A stretch of 64,000 nt of DNA, taken from a virus. This document shows positions 1-10,732 of this stretch, piece after piece; positions within the stretch are counted from its first letter, which is position 1; every line of letters begins with the position of its first letter. Under the pieces are notes generated by a model. It had not been told where the DNA came from. It made no database searches and was given only the letters and a program-made list of their open reading frames with translations. The stretch covers positions 27,613-91,612 of IMG/VR virus record IMGVR_UViG_3300033412_000004; one strand, 5' to 3'. The position numbers and the translations under genes are program-made.

Positions 1-1
1 C

Positions 2-3000
2 GCCTACCAGAAGGGCCTCGGCATCTCTGACGAGCAGATGGCCGCATTCGGCCAGCGCGCCATCGCCCAGGGCGAGAAGATTTCTGACGTCCTCAAGGAC
101 ACTGCCAAGTACGCCCTAGAATTGGGCAAGGCCTTCGGCGTCGATTCCAAGGTCATCAGCAAGGACATGGCCAAGGCGATGGCCGACGTCAAGCACTTCG
201 GTGGAGCGACGACCAAGTCGATCGCCGAGGCGGCGACCTACGCTCGCAAGTTGGGCGTTGAGCTCGACAAGATCACGGGCACCTTGGACGCCTTCGAGAC
301 GTTCGACACTGCCGCTGAAAACGTTGCCAAGTTGTCGCAGTCCTTCGGCGTCCAGGTCGATGCCTTCAAGTTGATGGAGCAGCAGGACCCGGCCTCACAG
401 GTCGACATGCTGCGTAAGTCGTTCCTGGCCGCGGGTAAGTCGGCTGACACTATGTCGCGCCAGGAGTTGAAGCTGTTGGCGCAGACGACGGGCCTCGATG
501 AGGCGACGGCACGTATGGCCTTCTCGGCCAAGAACCAGGCGCTGTCGCTGGATGAGATCAAGAAGAAGGGCGGCGAGGCCGAGAAGAAGACGATGACTCA
601 GACCGAGGCAATGTCGAAGCTGGCAGACAGCATCGAGCGCCTCGTCAAGTCGGGTGGCGGTCAGACCGGTGGCTTCTTCGACATGTTCTTCAAGGGCTTC
701 CTCGGCGGCGTGCAGTCGACCAAGGAGTTCCGCGAGATCATCTGGAACATCAAGCGTGGTCTGCAGCAGGTCTACTTCGAGGGCGTCCGTCTGGGCCGTG
801 CCTTCGTCGAGATGTTTCCCGGCGTCAAGGACTTCCTCCAGGGCATCGCTGACTTCTTCAAACCGGAGAAGTTCAAGCGCCTGGCTGGCGGCGTCACTGA
901 CGTCCTCAAGAACTGGATGAAGGACCTATCCGATCCTCACGGCAAGGCGTCCTTCGGAGACCTGATGGACAAGTTGAAGGACAAGTTCTTCGACTTCTTC
1001 AATTCAGAATCCACCTCGGGCAAGAAGATGCTCGAGGGTTTCAAGACCATCATGAAGACGGTCAGCCGCGTCGTGTCGGAAGGCATCAAGTGGATCGCCG
1101 ATAAGATGACCGAGGGCATCACCTTCGTCACCGACCTGTTGACAGGCAAGAAGAAGCTTGACACCGGCGGCGCTGGCGCCGAAGGCTTGGGCTTCTTGGG
1201 TCAGATCTTGATGCCGTTGGTCGATGCGTTGAAGCACGCATGGAAGGTGCTTGCACCCGCTGTCTGGGAATTGCTCAAGGTCCTGGGCAAGAAGTTGATG
1301 GACTTCCTGACGTCGGACGAGTTCCTGGGCTTCATCAAGCCTGCGATCCCCTACATCGCGGCAGTGTTGTTCGGACCCGCTCTCACCCGGGCGATCCTCG
1401 GTGCGCTGGCATCATCGCTGGCCAAGGGAGCCGTCGGCTTCTTCACCGGCGGCGGCGGCAAGAAGGTCATCGAGGAGGCAGGCGGCGCCATCTCGAAGGT
1501 CACTGACGCGTCAAAGAAAGTTTCTGACAAGGGCGCCGGTTCGAAGGGCATCGACCAAGTCGGTGCTGTCAACAAGGCTGCAGGCGCTGCGATCGACAAG
1601 GGCGGTGCTGGTGACAAGTGGGGCGCCCGTGACGCTGTCAAGTTGGGCCTCAAGTTGGTGGCCTTGGCCGCGGCGCTCGCCGTCGGCGGCGTCATGATGG
1701 CGGGTGCCGTCGTGTTGATGGCCAAGATCTTGGACGCGGGTGGCATCAAGAGCGTCAAGGACGTCGTCGCACCGCTGCTCATCTTGGGTGCCATGGTCCT
1801 CGCCGGCATCCCGTTGATGCTGGGCATGAAGTTGGCGTCGAAGGCAGGGTCGATGGGAGACGTCCTGAAGGGCGGCCTCGTCATTAGCGTCGCTGTCGCC
1901 ATCGTCGGCGTCGTCGCGGCCGGCATCGCCTACCTGCTGAAGCAGGTCGCCAACCCGGCCCAGCTCGAAGCCGCGGGCAGCATCATGTTGAAGATGTCGC
2001 TGGTCTTCCTGGCGATGGTTCCGCTCATCTTTGCGTCGATGGTCATCGGCGCCTTGGCGTCTGGTCCCCAGGCCATCGCTCTAGCTGCGGCCGCAGTCGG
2101 CCTCGGCGTCATCGGCGTCGCCGTCGGTGAGATGGCAGGCATTGCCATGGGCATCGTCAAGGAGCTCAGCGCTCTCAAGATTGACGCCACGTTCCAACGC
2201 AAGATCGATGCCTTCCTCGGCATCATGAGAGCAATCCAGGCCTTCGCCGACACCTTGGTCAAGGTCATCGACCTGATGACGCCATCGTTCTCTGAGATCA
2301 TCACCGGCAACGCCGTCAGCTTCCCCGAGAAGGTGGCCGCAGCGACCAAGTTGATCCGCGAGATGGTGGGAGCCAAGGGTTCGGGCAACGGCATCATCGG
2401 CATCATCGAGACGGTGATGAAGGCGATCAGCGACCTCAGCATCGGCGGTCCCGGCATGGCCGAGGGCGCCAAGATCTTCAGTGAGATTCTGACTGGCGTC
2501 AGTGAGTTCATGAAGGCGGCCGCACCGCCTGACGCATTCTTCGAAGCAGGCAGCAGCTTCCTCGTCCAGTTGGGCGGTGGCAAGCCATTCACCGACCTCG
2601 CGACTGACGTAGGCTACTACGCCAAGCTGATGCGCGAAGGTGCGATGGAGATGTTGACCGGCTCCAAGGACGGCAAGGGTCAGGACGGCATCCTCGGCAT
2701 CATCATGAAGCTGACGGCGATCCCGATTCCTGATCCGAAGTCCGCGGAGGTCGTCGCCAACCTGTTGGCATCAACGGCACAGGTGATGAAGACCATCACG
2801 CCTGACCCGAACACCGTCAAGGCCTTCACTACGTCGGTCGAACAGTCGGCGGCCTGGGGTTTGATGAAGACCAAGGTTGAGAAGGTCAACACCGGCGCAA
2901 TGACGACGGTGCTGCAGACGATGGGTGATCAACTCAAAGAGATCTTGCCCGTCCTGACGTCGAGCGTCATCACTTCAGTCACCTCGATTGCATCCAACCT

Positions 3001-4192
3001 CAGCAAGGATTCATTGGAAAAGATCAAGGTCCTAGGCGACATCTTCAAGATTGTCGTCGACCTGACGAACGCTATCGGCAATGCGACCAAGGCTGCGCCC
3101 GTCAGCGTCGGCAACGTCAGTGAGGGCGCCATCGTTCGTGTCACTCAGTCAGTGCCGTCATTGAAGTCTGCGCTCGACCAGGTCGGCTCGGGCATCGGTC
3201 CGCTGATGAAGTCGCTGCAGGACGTCGTCAGCAAGGTACCTCTCGACAAGGACTTCAAGGCGCATCTTGAAGTGGCGTCCAAGTTGTTCGCCTTCATCAC
3301 TGAGCTGCCGAAGCTAGCGGCATCGATCTCCGATGCGTCGAAGGCGAGCGGTGGCGGCGGCGACATCAACCCCGAGCCTATGTTCAAGGCTGTCGCCACC
3401 ATCGGCGTCTTCCTGTGGAAGATTGCCAATGAAAAGGGCTATGGCACCTCACGCCCGGTGCTGACTGAACTCATTGAGAACATGAAGGGTCTGCAGGCCC
3501 TGGGCGTCGACAAGGTAGGTCCTGCGCTGACCAAGACGGCCGATACGCTGAAGGCGATGTTCACTGCGATCTCGCAGCTGGGAGGCAGCATGAAGCTCGC
3601 CTCAGGCATCAACGCGACCTTCGGAGACAACGAAGCCCTCGCTGTCCAGGCTGTCTTGAAGCGAATCGCTGACATCACGACGAAGCTGACAGCCAAGGAC
3701 AGCCCGTTGGTGACGATCAACAACAACCTGACGGGCGCCGTCCTTGCACAGACGAAGTCAGCGGCAGACAACATCAAGGCGTACGGCGACAGCATTGCCA
3801 AGACAGCAGACTCGATCAAGTCAGGAGCCATCACCTCGGCCCTCGATGCGGTCACCAAAATGGTCAAGTCGGCCAATGATTTGGATGCTGCCTTGGCTGA
3901 CGGCAATGTCAACAAGTTGAACGTGGCGGCCAAGTTGGGCAACGTGGCAAAGGCCGCGGGCTTGGGCGGCAAGGCCAGCTATTCAATCCAGAACCGCGGC
4001 GTCAACATCACCATCAACATGCAGGTGACGATGGACGTGGGCCAGGTCGAGAAGGCAATGGTCCTGCGTGCCTCATCGATCGTTCGTGACCGCCTCAACT
4101 TCCTGACCGACGAGAAGAAGGAACAGCAGCTGCCGCAGTCGCCGGATGGCGTCGTCAAGTTCCCGTTGGCGGGCGCGCCCAGCACCGGTTGA
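2..4192 (+). CDS. Tail tape measure protein (5' end lies outside the window)
   Basis: Frame is open from position 2; >1390 aa, Ala/Gly/Lys-rich and helical with a central hydrophobic block; sits upstream of baseplate genes. Confidence 0.75.
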   Translation, partial: AYQKGLGISDEQMAAFGQRAIAQGEKISDVLKDTAKYALELGKAFGVDSKVISKDMAKAMADVKHFGGATTKSIAEAATYARKLGVELDKITGTLDAFETFDTAAENVAKLSQSFGVQVDAFKLMEQQDPASQVDMLRKSFLAAGKSADTMSRQELKLLAQTTGLDEATARMAFSAKNQALSLDEIKKKGGEAEKKTMTQTEAMSKLADSIERLVKSGGGQTGGFFDMFFKGFLGGVQSTKEFREIIWNIKRGLQQVYFEGVRLGRAFVEMFPGVKDFLQGIADFFKPEKFKRLAGGVTDVLKNWMKDLSDPHGKASFGDLMDKLKDKFFDFFNSESTSGKKMLEGFKTIMKTVSRVVSEGIKWIADKMTEGITFVTDLLTGKKKLDTGGAGAEGLGFLGQILMPLVDALKHAWKVLAPAVWELLKVLGKKLMDFLTSDEFLGFIKPAIPYIAAVLFGPALTRAILGALASSLAKGAVGFFTGGGGKKVIEEAGGAISKVTDASKKVSDKGAGSKGIDQVGAVNKAAGAAIDKGGAGDKWGARDAVKLGLKLVALAAALAVGGVMMAGAVVLMAKILDAGGIKSVKDVVAPLLILGAMVLAGIPLMLGMKLASKAGSMGDVLKGGLVISVAVAIVGVVAAGIAYLLKQVANPAQLEAAGSIMLKMSLVFLAMVPLIFASMVIGALASGPQAIALAAAAVGLGVIGVAVGEMAGIAMGIVKELSALKIDATFQRKIDAFLGIMRAIQAFADTLVKVIDLMTPSFSEIITGNAVSFPEKVAAATKLIREMVGAKGSGNGIIGIIETVMKAISDLSIGGPGMAEGAKIFSEILTGVSEFMKAAAPPDAFFEAGSSFLVQLGGGKPFTDLATDVGYYAKLMREGAMEMLTGSKDGKGQDGILGIIMKLTAIPIPDPKSAEVVANLLASTAQVMKTITPDPNTVKAFTTSVEQSAAWGLMKTKVEKVNTGAMTTVLQTMGDQLKEILPVLTSSVITSVTSIASNLSKDSLEKIKVLGDIFKIVVDLTNAIGNATKAAPVSVGNVSEGAIVRVTQSVPSLKSALDQVGSGIGPLMKSLQDVVSKVPLDKDFKAHLEVASKLFAFITELPKLAASISDASKASGGGGDINPEPMFKAVATIGVFLWKIANEKGYGTSRPVLTELIENMKGLQALGVDKVGPALTKTADTLKAMFTAISQLGGSMKLASGINATFGDNEALAVQAVLKRIADITTKLTAKDSPLVTINNNLTGAVLAQTKSAADNIKAYGDSIAKTADSIKSGAITSALDAVTKMVKSANDLDAALADGNVNKLNVAAKLGNVAKAAGLGGKASYSIQNRGVNITINMQVTMDVGQVEKAMVLRASSIVRDRLNFLTDEKKEQQLPQSPDGVVKFPLAGAPSTG

Positions 4193-4203
4193 TATAGTTC
4201 ACC

Positions 4204-4470
4204 ATGAAGTCACGTGAGGATGTGCTAAAACGGCTTCGTGCCGATCCGATGTACCGCAGGGCACTGGAAAAAGCCAAGGACGAGAAGGAACGGAAAGCCA
4301 TCATCGCCTTCACCGAGGACTTCGTGACCAGCTTCGCCGATGTGTTGCTGCCGCTGGCCCAACAGGCTCAAAAGGATCCGGTGCTGCGCGAGCGCTTGGC
4401 TCGGTCCCTGGTCGAAGGCCGTGAAGTACTTAGCGATAGCGTGCCTGAAACCTCGGGTTCGCACGAGTAA
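4204..4470 (+). CDS. Hypothetical protein in the tail module
   Basis: 88-aa helical ORF filling the gap; TATAGT 5 nt upstream of ATG. Confidence 0.6.
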   Translation: MKSREDVLKRLRADPMYRRALEKAKDEKERKAIIAFTEDFVTSFADVLLPLAQQAQKDPVLRERLARSLVEGREVLSDSVPETSGSHE

Positions 4471-4473
4471 CCC

Positions 4474-7400
4474 ATGACCGAACCCATCCACAGCGGCAGC
4501 ATCAAGACTGGCACCGGCGGATTCAACCTCGCTGGCAAGGTCTACACGTACGATGTTGGCGTGCCGGATGGCCAAGGCGGTGCACAGGGGGATTCATCAC
4601 CGGGTGACATCAAGGTCGATCACAGCGTCAAGGACCTGTCAAAGCCGACCAAGACGACGCTGGCTGACTACCTCAGTAATCTGACGAAGGGTCAGACACC
4701 TCCCGACCTGGAGAACAACACCCTTGGCGTGCCCAATGCATACGCCATCGACTCAGGTTTCAATGAGATCAAGTTGTCGGGCGACAAGGGTAACCCGTCG
4801 CCGCTGCCGAAGACGGTCACCAACACTGCGGCCTTTGCACCCACGCCCCCGGATCCGTACTCCGTTGACTTTCCAGTCATCCAGCCCAAGATCAAAAAGG
4901 GAAAGGCCTCCGCACAATTGCGTGACGGCCATGAGCTGCTCAAGGGCGGAGATGCGGAGCCTATCAAGTCGTACCGTTCAGCGGTCCTCAGCAAGAATCG
5001 TTTCACTGATGCGGCGACGTTGGACTCGAACTCCTTCGGCGTCAAGGTCACCGACCAGCGAACGAAAGGCCAGTACGATCCCAAAGCGAAGGCGATCACT
5101 CAAGGTCAACTGGCGTCTGTCGGTCCAATCCTGACGATGCGCGCCGGCATTGAGCTAGGCGCGACTGATGATGGTGCTAACCCGAACTCAGGCGGTCTCG
5201 CCGCCAAGTCGCTGTTGCCGGGCGTAGCGCAGTTGGCAGTCAGCCGCGTTGATGAGATCGTCCTCAACGCCAAGGACGTCCTCGATGCACTGACGACAGA
5301 TGAACCGCCTGACGCTAACATTATCAGCCCAGGCAGTCTGTCGTGGGGCGCGCTCAACAACACTGAGGACCAGTACTCAGGCATCGCCGCTTTGGGCATG
5401 GCCGCGCTGTCGGCCGCCTTGATTGCAGGCCTGCTGCTCGTCATCGACCTGTTCAGCCTCATCCTGGGACTCATCACTCCGTCGTCGAAAGCGGCAACGC
5501 ACGATGCACAGGGTCGTTACGCTTTGGGCCAGTACTACGCCAAGCCCAAGGAGTCGGGAGGAGGCCTGCTCGGAGCAGCGACCGCGCTCCTCTCGCTTGA
5601 CATTGGCTCGCTGCTGGGCATTCACAAGACCAACAATCCGTTCGGCGACTGCCTGAAAAAGGGAGCCAACGCCTTCTTCGGCATTGATGATTCTGGCGGT
5701 GTTCTGGGACAGTTGGCAGGAGCTGTCACCGACGCGTTGGGCCCGGACGCGGGATTCAACGCCATCGTCGCCCGCGCCATCATCCGTTCCAGCTTGACGA
5801 TCGTCGATCAGATCAAGAAGATTGGCGGTAACCCGCTCAACATCATCAAGCAGATCATGGGCCTGATTGAGGTGCTGCGGGCCTCGAAGATCATCTCAGC
5901 GTGCAACGTCTTCGCCCAATTGGGTGATTCGATCCTGTCGATTCCTGAAAACTGGACCGACCCGGATGCGCTGGGCAGCACCAAAATCTCACAGACTGAC
6001 ACGTCGAGCGTCGATTCTGTCATCGGTCGCAACCGGCGCCCTAACTCACTGAAGCTAGCGTGGGCGTCAAACCGCGCCCCGGCGCAGCTGCTGGTGCCTG
6101 CGCAGATTGCTGCAGTGTCGCGGTTGGGTAAGAAGATCGGTTCGTACGATCCTTGGGCCGGCACTCAGAACCTCGACAATCGCCTCTATTCACAGGTGAC
6201 GAAGCAGGATGCAGTGCCCCGCATTGATCCGGACACTTCGGCGCTGTTTGAGAAGTCGCTGGAGGCGGAATACGTGCCGTTCTACTTCCACGACATTCGT
6301 ACCAATGAAATTGTCGCCTTTCACGCCTTCTTGACGTCGCTGAACGACGACTACACCGCCAACTATGAATCGATCGATGCGTACGGCCGCGTCGAACCGG
6401 TCAAGATCTACAAGAGCACTTCGCGTCGCATCGGCGTCAGCTTCTACATCATCGCCACGTCGTCCGAAGACCTTGACGACATGTACGTCAAGATCAACAA
6501 GTTGGTCACGCTGGTCTATCCGCAGTTTACGTCGGGCAAGCAGTTGACGGACGAAAGCAAGCAGTTCGTCTTCACTCAACCTTTCAGCCAATTGATCGGT
6601 GCATCGCCCCTGATCCGTCTTCGCCTTGGCGACCTCTTCAGGTCGAACTACTCGCGGTTCAACTTGGCACGCCTCTTCGGTTTGGGCAACACCAACTTCA
6701 CTGTCGGTGGCCAGAAGTTCTCGAACTTTGACAAGTTTGACCAGGACGTGTTGACCGCAACGCTGCCCATTGCACTTGATGATGCCAAGAAGGAAGCAGG
6801 CAAGCTGTTCATCGCTCAGCAAGGCGTGACGTATGTTGCGCAGGACGAGAAGTCCGCGATTGCGATTCCCAATCCGTTGGGAGGTAGCAGCAGCGGTGCT
6901 GAAGGCTCCAAGTCGTTCACTCCGACGGGCGTGCCTGACTTCTTTGAGATCAAGATTGTCAAGGAGATTGACGACCGAAATGTGCTCGGTGAAGTGCAGC
7001 TGTCAACCGATCCCGAGATCATGTCGATCCTTGCGGACAAGCTGGACAGCATCAAGGCGGAGTATGGCAGCGACGACAAGAAGTTGTTGAAGGTCATCGG
7101 TTGCCAGTACGTTTTCCCGAAGAAGAACCTGCAGCCGACGGTGAAAACTCGTGATGAGGTCGTCGACAAGATCGTCGGCATCGCTGAGAATGACGCCTTC
7201 GTGCAGCCGTTGACTGACTTCATGGATCCCGCCAAGAACGTTGTCGCCAAATCCTTCAAGGATGCTGGCGGCAAGGGCCTTGCTGGCTTCATCGACACGA
7301 TGAGCTTCGATTGGTACGACAAGGTGACGTGGGAAACGCAGTTTAAGGACCGCATTGTTCCCAAGATGTGCAAGGTCACGCTCGCCTTCTCGCCGATCCA

Positions 7401-7491
7401 CGACATCGCTCCCGGCTTGGATCACTTTGGCACTAATCGGGCTCCTGTTTACCCAGTGGGCCTACTTGCTCCACGTTCGGAACCGAAGTGA
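4474..7491 (+). CDS. Baseplate / tail-tube initiator-like structural protein
   Basis: 1005 aa; segment PFYFHDIRTNEIVAFHAFLTSLNDDY..YGRVEPVKIYKSTSRRIGVSF resembles myophage tube-initiator domains; gene context. Confidence 0.55.
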   Translation: MTEPIHSGSIKTGTGGFNLAGKVYTYDVGVPDGQGGAQGDSSPGDIKVDHSVKDLSKPTKTTLADYLSNLTKGQTPPDLENNTLGVPNAYAIDSGFNEIKLSGDKGNPSPLPKTVTNTAAFAPTPPDPYSVDFPVIQPKIKKGKASAQLRDGHELLKGGDAEPIKSYRSAVLSKNRFTDAATLDSNSFGVKVTDQRTKGQYDPKAKAITQGQLASVGPILTMRAGIELGATDDGANPNSGGLAAKSLLPGVAQLAVSRVDEIVLNAKDVLDALTTDEPPDANIISPGSLSWGALNNTEDQYSGIAALGMAALSAALIAGLLLVIDLFSLILGLITPSSKAATHDAQGRYALGQYYAKPKESGGGLLGAATALLSLDIGSLLGIHKTNNPFGDCLKKGANAFFGIDDSGGVLGQLAGAVTDALGPDAGFNAIVARAIIRSSLTIVDQIKKIGGNPLNIIKQIMGLIEVLRASKIISACNVFAQLGDSILSIPENWTDPDALGSTKISQTDTSSVDSVIGRNRRPNSLKLAWASNRAPAQLLVPAQIAAVSRLGKKIGSYDPWAGTQNLDNRLYSQVTKQDAVPRIDPDTSALFEKSLEAEYVPFYFHDIRTNEIVAFHAFLTSLNDDYTANYESIDAYGRVEPVKIYKSTSRRIGVSFYIIATSSEDLDDMYVKINKLVTLVYPQFTSGKQLTDESKQFVFTQPFSQLIGASPLIRLRLGDLFRSNYSRFNLARLFGLGNTNFTVGGQKFSNFDKFDQDVLTATLPIALDDAKKEAGKLFIAQQGVTYVAQDEKSAIAIPNPLGGSSSGAEGSKSFTPTGVPDFFEIKIVKEIDDRNVLGEVQLSTDPEIMSILADKLDSIKAEYGSDDKKLLKVIGCQYVFPKKNLQPTVKTRDEVVDKIVGIAENDAFVQPLTDFMDPAKNVVAKSFKDAGGKGLAGFIDTMSFDWYDKVTWETQFKDRIVPKMCKVTLAFSPIHDIAPGLDHFGTNRAPVYPVGLLAPRSEPK

Positions 7492-7499
7492 GGTGACAC

Positions 7500-7793
7500 A
7501 TGGCATTCAGCAGGTACTCACGAGCCCCCATCTTGAACCTCGGCGCCCAGTACGGCACAGCCCGTGCCATTGAAGCGATCCGCGCTGCCATCAAGAACGG
7601 TACAATCAACACGCGTGAGGTCATCGTTCGTGGCGCAGAACGCCTGGACACTATCGCAGGCAATCTCTACGGCGACGGCCGCTATTGGTGGGTGTTGGCG
7701 GCATGCAGTGACATCGGTTGGGGGCTGCAAGTTCCTCCCGGCACGGTGCTGAAGGTGCCACAACTATCACAGATCGCTGCGCTCGTAGGGTGA
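7500..7793 (+). CDS. LysM-like baseplate wedge / tail X-type protein
   Basis: ERLDTIAGNLYGDGRYWWVLA...PGTVLKVP signature. Confidence 0.75.
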   Translation: MAFSRYSRAPILNLGAQYGTARAIEAIRAAIKNGTINTREVIVRGAERLDTIAGNLYGDGRYWWVLAACSDIGWGLQVPPGTVLKVPQLSQIAALVG

Positions 7794-7796
7794 TGC

Positions 7797-10697
7797 ATGG
7801 CAGGTGAGTTCAAGACACTTGAGTCAATCTTCGAGATGCTATCGCCTGCCGACTTGGCAGGCAAGAAGAAGCTCAACCTGGGTGGCTCCGCAGACTCGTA
7901 CAACGATCAGTTTGCGCTGCTAGCCAAGATCTTGGAGAACGATGGTCGTGGCGTACTGACCACGGCGGAGTTGAAGTCTGCGCTGGAAGAGGTCCAGACG
8001 AAAGGCAGCGCCGTCACTTCCAAGGAACTCAACCTGTTCTTTGACTTCTACAGCACCCAAGGCTTCCTGAGCTTCGCCGATCCGACGATCAAGAAGGCGA
8101 TCGGCAAGGACGGTAAGCCAAAGGACGTCTCCGATTTTCAGGAGATGGTCGGCAAAGACCTGAAGCTACCGGACAAGTTCGACGTGATGTACATGTTGAG
8201 CCGGTCTCCGTTCTTCCACCCGTCTAAGCGGCACACGAAGCGAATTGAGACCTTCCTCAACGCGATGCCGTCGATCGTCATCGCTCAGATGTCGCCGTAC
8301 CTGGAAGTCGAATTTCAGGTCGCCAAGGACTCAAGCGATTACCTCCAGACGACGAGCCAGTTGAAGTTCCTGCTCGGAGCCGAGAAGAAGGAATCGTTGG
8401 AAGGCGCCAACAAGGCGATGTTGGAAGGCCAGTCCAACAAGAAGGACGACAAGGAATACGACTTCTTCGGCATGGAGATGTTCACGTCACCGCAGACGCT
8501 GGTCAATCCCACGCCCAACGTCTCGCCAGGTTCATCGGACACCTTCATCGGTCGGTACACTGACGTCCTCGATCCGTTCCGGCCTTTTGCGTCTCTTGAG
8601 AGCGCAACGGTGACGGTGACTCCGGCCGTCGGCATGTACACCTACAAGAAGGCGCACTTGGTGATCAAGCTGCACGATCGGTCGCGCCTCGCTGAAATCA
8701 GTGACCTCATTCGCCCCAAGTCGTACTCCAATGTGACGGTCTGGTTGACGTATGGCTGGCGCGCGCCCCGGACGAACACCGATCCCGGCATGCTGACGTA
8801 CACCGACTTCATCAACAACAACATGTTGATGCGGGAAGCGTACGGCGTCATCAACTCAAGCTTCAGCTTTGATCAGGTGGGACAGGTCACCATCAACCTC
8901 GAGCTCTACACCAAAGGCGTGTCAGAGATGAGGACGATGAAAATCACTGACACTTTTGGCGATGCAGCGAAGACCGTCGAAGACATCAAGAAGTTGGCGG
9001 AAGACATTTCGCTCTATCGCAAGAAGCTGAAGTTGGACCCGCCCGAAGGCATCAACAAGGAGATTCGCGCGTACCAAGTGCTCGACGCTGCACAGGTCGG
9101 TGAGTTCCCCGACATGAAGCCGTCTGACGTCCATGCAGCCGTTGCTTCGTTGAGGTCAGCATTCTCCAAGAAGGGACAGCCCGATCCTGATGAGGTGAAG
9201 AAGCTGTTTGACTCGCTGGACAAGCTCTACGCATCCGACCAGAGCAAGACGAAGTTCAGCCTCAAGGATCGGATTGAGAATCAGGCGACGGCGACCGTCA
9301 AGAAGAAGTTCGATGAGATGTTGACGGGTCCTGACCCGTTCCTGCCGTCGGAAGAGAAGAATGCCGGCGCTCAGAACGGCAAGGACCTGGCGACTGACCT
9401 CGCCAACGAGATCAAGAAGTACAACCAGGCTCCTCTCACCACTGTCAAGGCCTTCAAGCCCAAGGCGGTGTCGTTCGGCAAGTTGTTCAGCGTCTTTGCG
9501 ACCGATTGCGTGGCCCACGCTGGCATCGTCGATGAGCTGCAGGTCTTCTTCTACGCGCTCAACAGCCAGTGCGGTCCAGTCAGCAGTCACAGCATCGCTG
9601 AATTTCCGATCGACATGTCGACGTTCCTCGACCAGTACCGAGACCACATCGTCAAGCGCGGCGGTGAGCGCATCACCCTCGAGGAGTTCTTGGGCCTGGT
9701 CATCAACGCTCAGGTCCTCGACAACCGCGCCATCGGCTACGGCCTGCGCAGCGTCTACCAGCCGTACGATCCCAAGAACAAGGATGCTCAGGTCAAGAAG
9801 GACGGCGAGAAGGAGCTGGAGAACGCTCTCGCGGCGCAGTCCAAGAAGTACGGTGCCTTCAAGAAGCCCGTCATCGAGATGTACATCGAGACGTCGCACC
9901 AGCGTCCTAAGGAGGCGGGCGACTCAGACATCCTGCACGCCTTGGCATACTCAGCCAAGGATGCGACCCTCGTCGTCGATGATGAGTTGAAAGCCGGCAA
10001 GCTCCAACGCATCATGCGCATCCACATTTACGACAAGCAGGTGTCGCCGTCAGTTGCAGCGACTCAACTGCTGCGGTCGACGGGCGGCGGTGGCTTCCTG
10101 CAGGTTCCATCGACGGAGTACGCCAAGCAGTTCGTCAAGAGCGACATGACGGAGCTGCAGCAGTTCTTCGCAGCGATGAACATCGAGGCCGACACTGATC
10201 CCAAGACGGGCAACGTCAGGATGGCGTCGTTCACGACAGCGCGCCAGGTCAAGGACGCAGTGTCGCGTTTGATGCCGACGATCACCTACGGCGCCAATGG
10301 TACCACTGTCATCTCAGCCAACCTGACATCGAAGGCAGATCCCCTGTTGAGCACCGTCAACATGCTGCGCAGCAACACTGTCAAGAACACCGCGGCGCCC
10401 AACGGCTCAGGTGAAGGCGGCATCCCGCTGCGCGTCATCCCGGCGGCGCTGACGATGACGACGTTGGGTTGTCCTTTGGCGACGATGGCCCAGCAGTACT
10501 TCATCGACTTCAACACCGGCACGTCGGTCGACAACCTCTACATCGTCACCGGCCTGACCCACACTTTTGCCGCAGGCAAGTACGAGACCCAGTGGACGCT
10601 CGGTTACTCCGATGCGTACGGCGTCTTCGAAGGCGCGCCGAACATCCTCGACTACCTGAAGTCGATCTCGTCTGACATTCCCAAGAAGCCGAAGTAG
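7797..10697 (+). CDS. Baseplate hub-like structural protein
   Basis: 966 aa; C-terminal MTTLGCP...NLYIVTGLTHTF..GKYETQ as in hub (gpD/gp27-like) proteins; follows the LysM gene. Confidence 0.55.
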   Translation: MAGEFKTLESIFEMLSPADLAGKKKLNLGGSADSYNDQFALLAKILENDGRGVLTTAELKSALEEVQTKGSAVTSKELNLFFDFYSTQGFLSFADPTIKKAIGKDGKPKDVSDFQEMVGKDLKLPDKFDVMYMLSRSPFFHPSKRHTKRIETFLNAMPSIVIAQMSPYLEVEFQVAKDSSDYLQTTSQLKFLLGAEKKESLEGANKAMLEGQSNKKDDKEYDFFGMEMFTSPQTLVNPTPNVSPGSSDTFIGRYTDVLDPFRPFASLESATVTVTPAVGMYTYKKAHLVIKLHDRSRLAEISDLIRPKSYSNVTVWLTYGWRAPRTNTDPGMLTYTDFINNNMLMREAYGVINSSFSFDQVGQVTINLELYTKGVSEMRTMKITDTFGDAAKTVEDIKKLAEDISLYRKKLKLDPPEGINKEIRAYQVLDAAQVGEFPDMKPSDVHAAVASLRSAFSKKGQPDPDEVKKLFDSLDKLYASDQSKTKFSLKDRIENQATATVKKKFDEMLTGPDPFLPSEEKNAGAQNGKDLATDLANEIKKYNQAPLTTVKAFKPKAVSFGKLFSVFATDCVAHAGIVDELQVFFYALNSQCGPVSSHSIAEFPIDMSTFLDQYRDHIVKRGGERITLEEFLGLVINAQVLDNRAIGYGLRSVYQPYDPKNKDAQVKKDGEKELENALAAQSKKYGAFKKPVIEMYIETSHQRPKEAGDSDILHALAYSAKDATLVVDDELKAGKLQRIMRIHIYDKQVSPSVAATQLLRSTGGGGFLQVPSTEYAKQFVKSDMTELQQFFAAMNIEADTDPKTGNVRMASFTTARQVKDAVSRLMPTITYGANGTTVISANLTSKADPLLSTVNMLRSNTVKNTAAPNGSGEGGIPLRVIPAALTMTTLGCPLATMAQQYFIDFNTGTSVDNLYIVTGLTHTFAAGKYETQWTLGYSDAYGVFEGAPNILDYLKSISSDIPKKPK

Positions 10698-10726
10698 TGT
10701 AGACGCCGCGCTGATCGGCGTATGAT
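10698..10726 (+). promoter_or_regulatory. Example of the recurrent -35/-10 promoter (leaderless)
   Basis: TGTAGA-N17-TATGAT-N6-GTG. Confidence 0.6.
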
Positions 10727-10732
10727 CGGAGC

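Noticed and set aside
2-10697. Bacterial contractile injection system or tailocin
   Set aside because: Contiguous with a phage replication module and dense phage-like gene organisation
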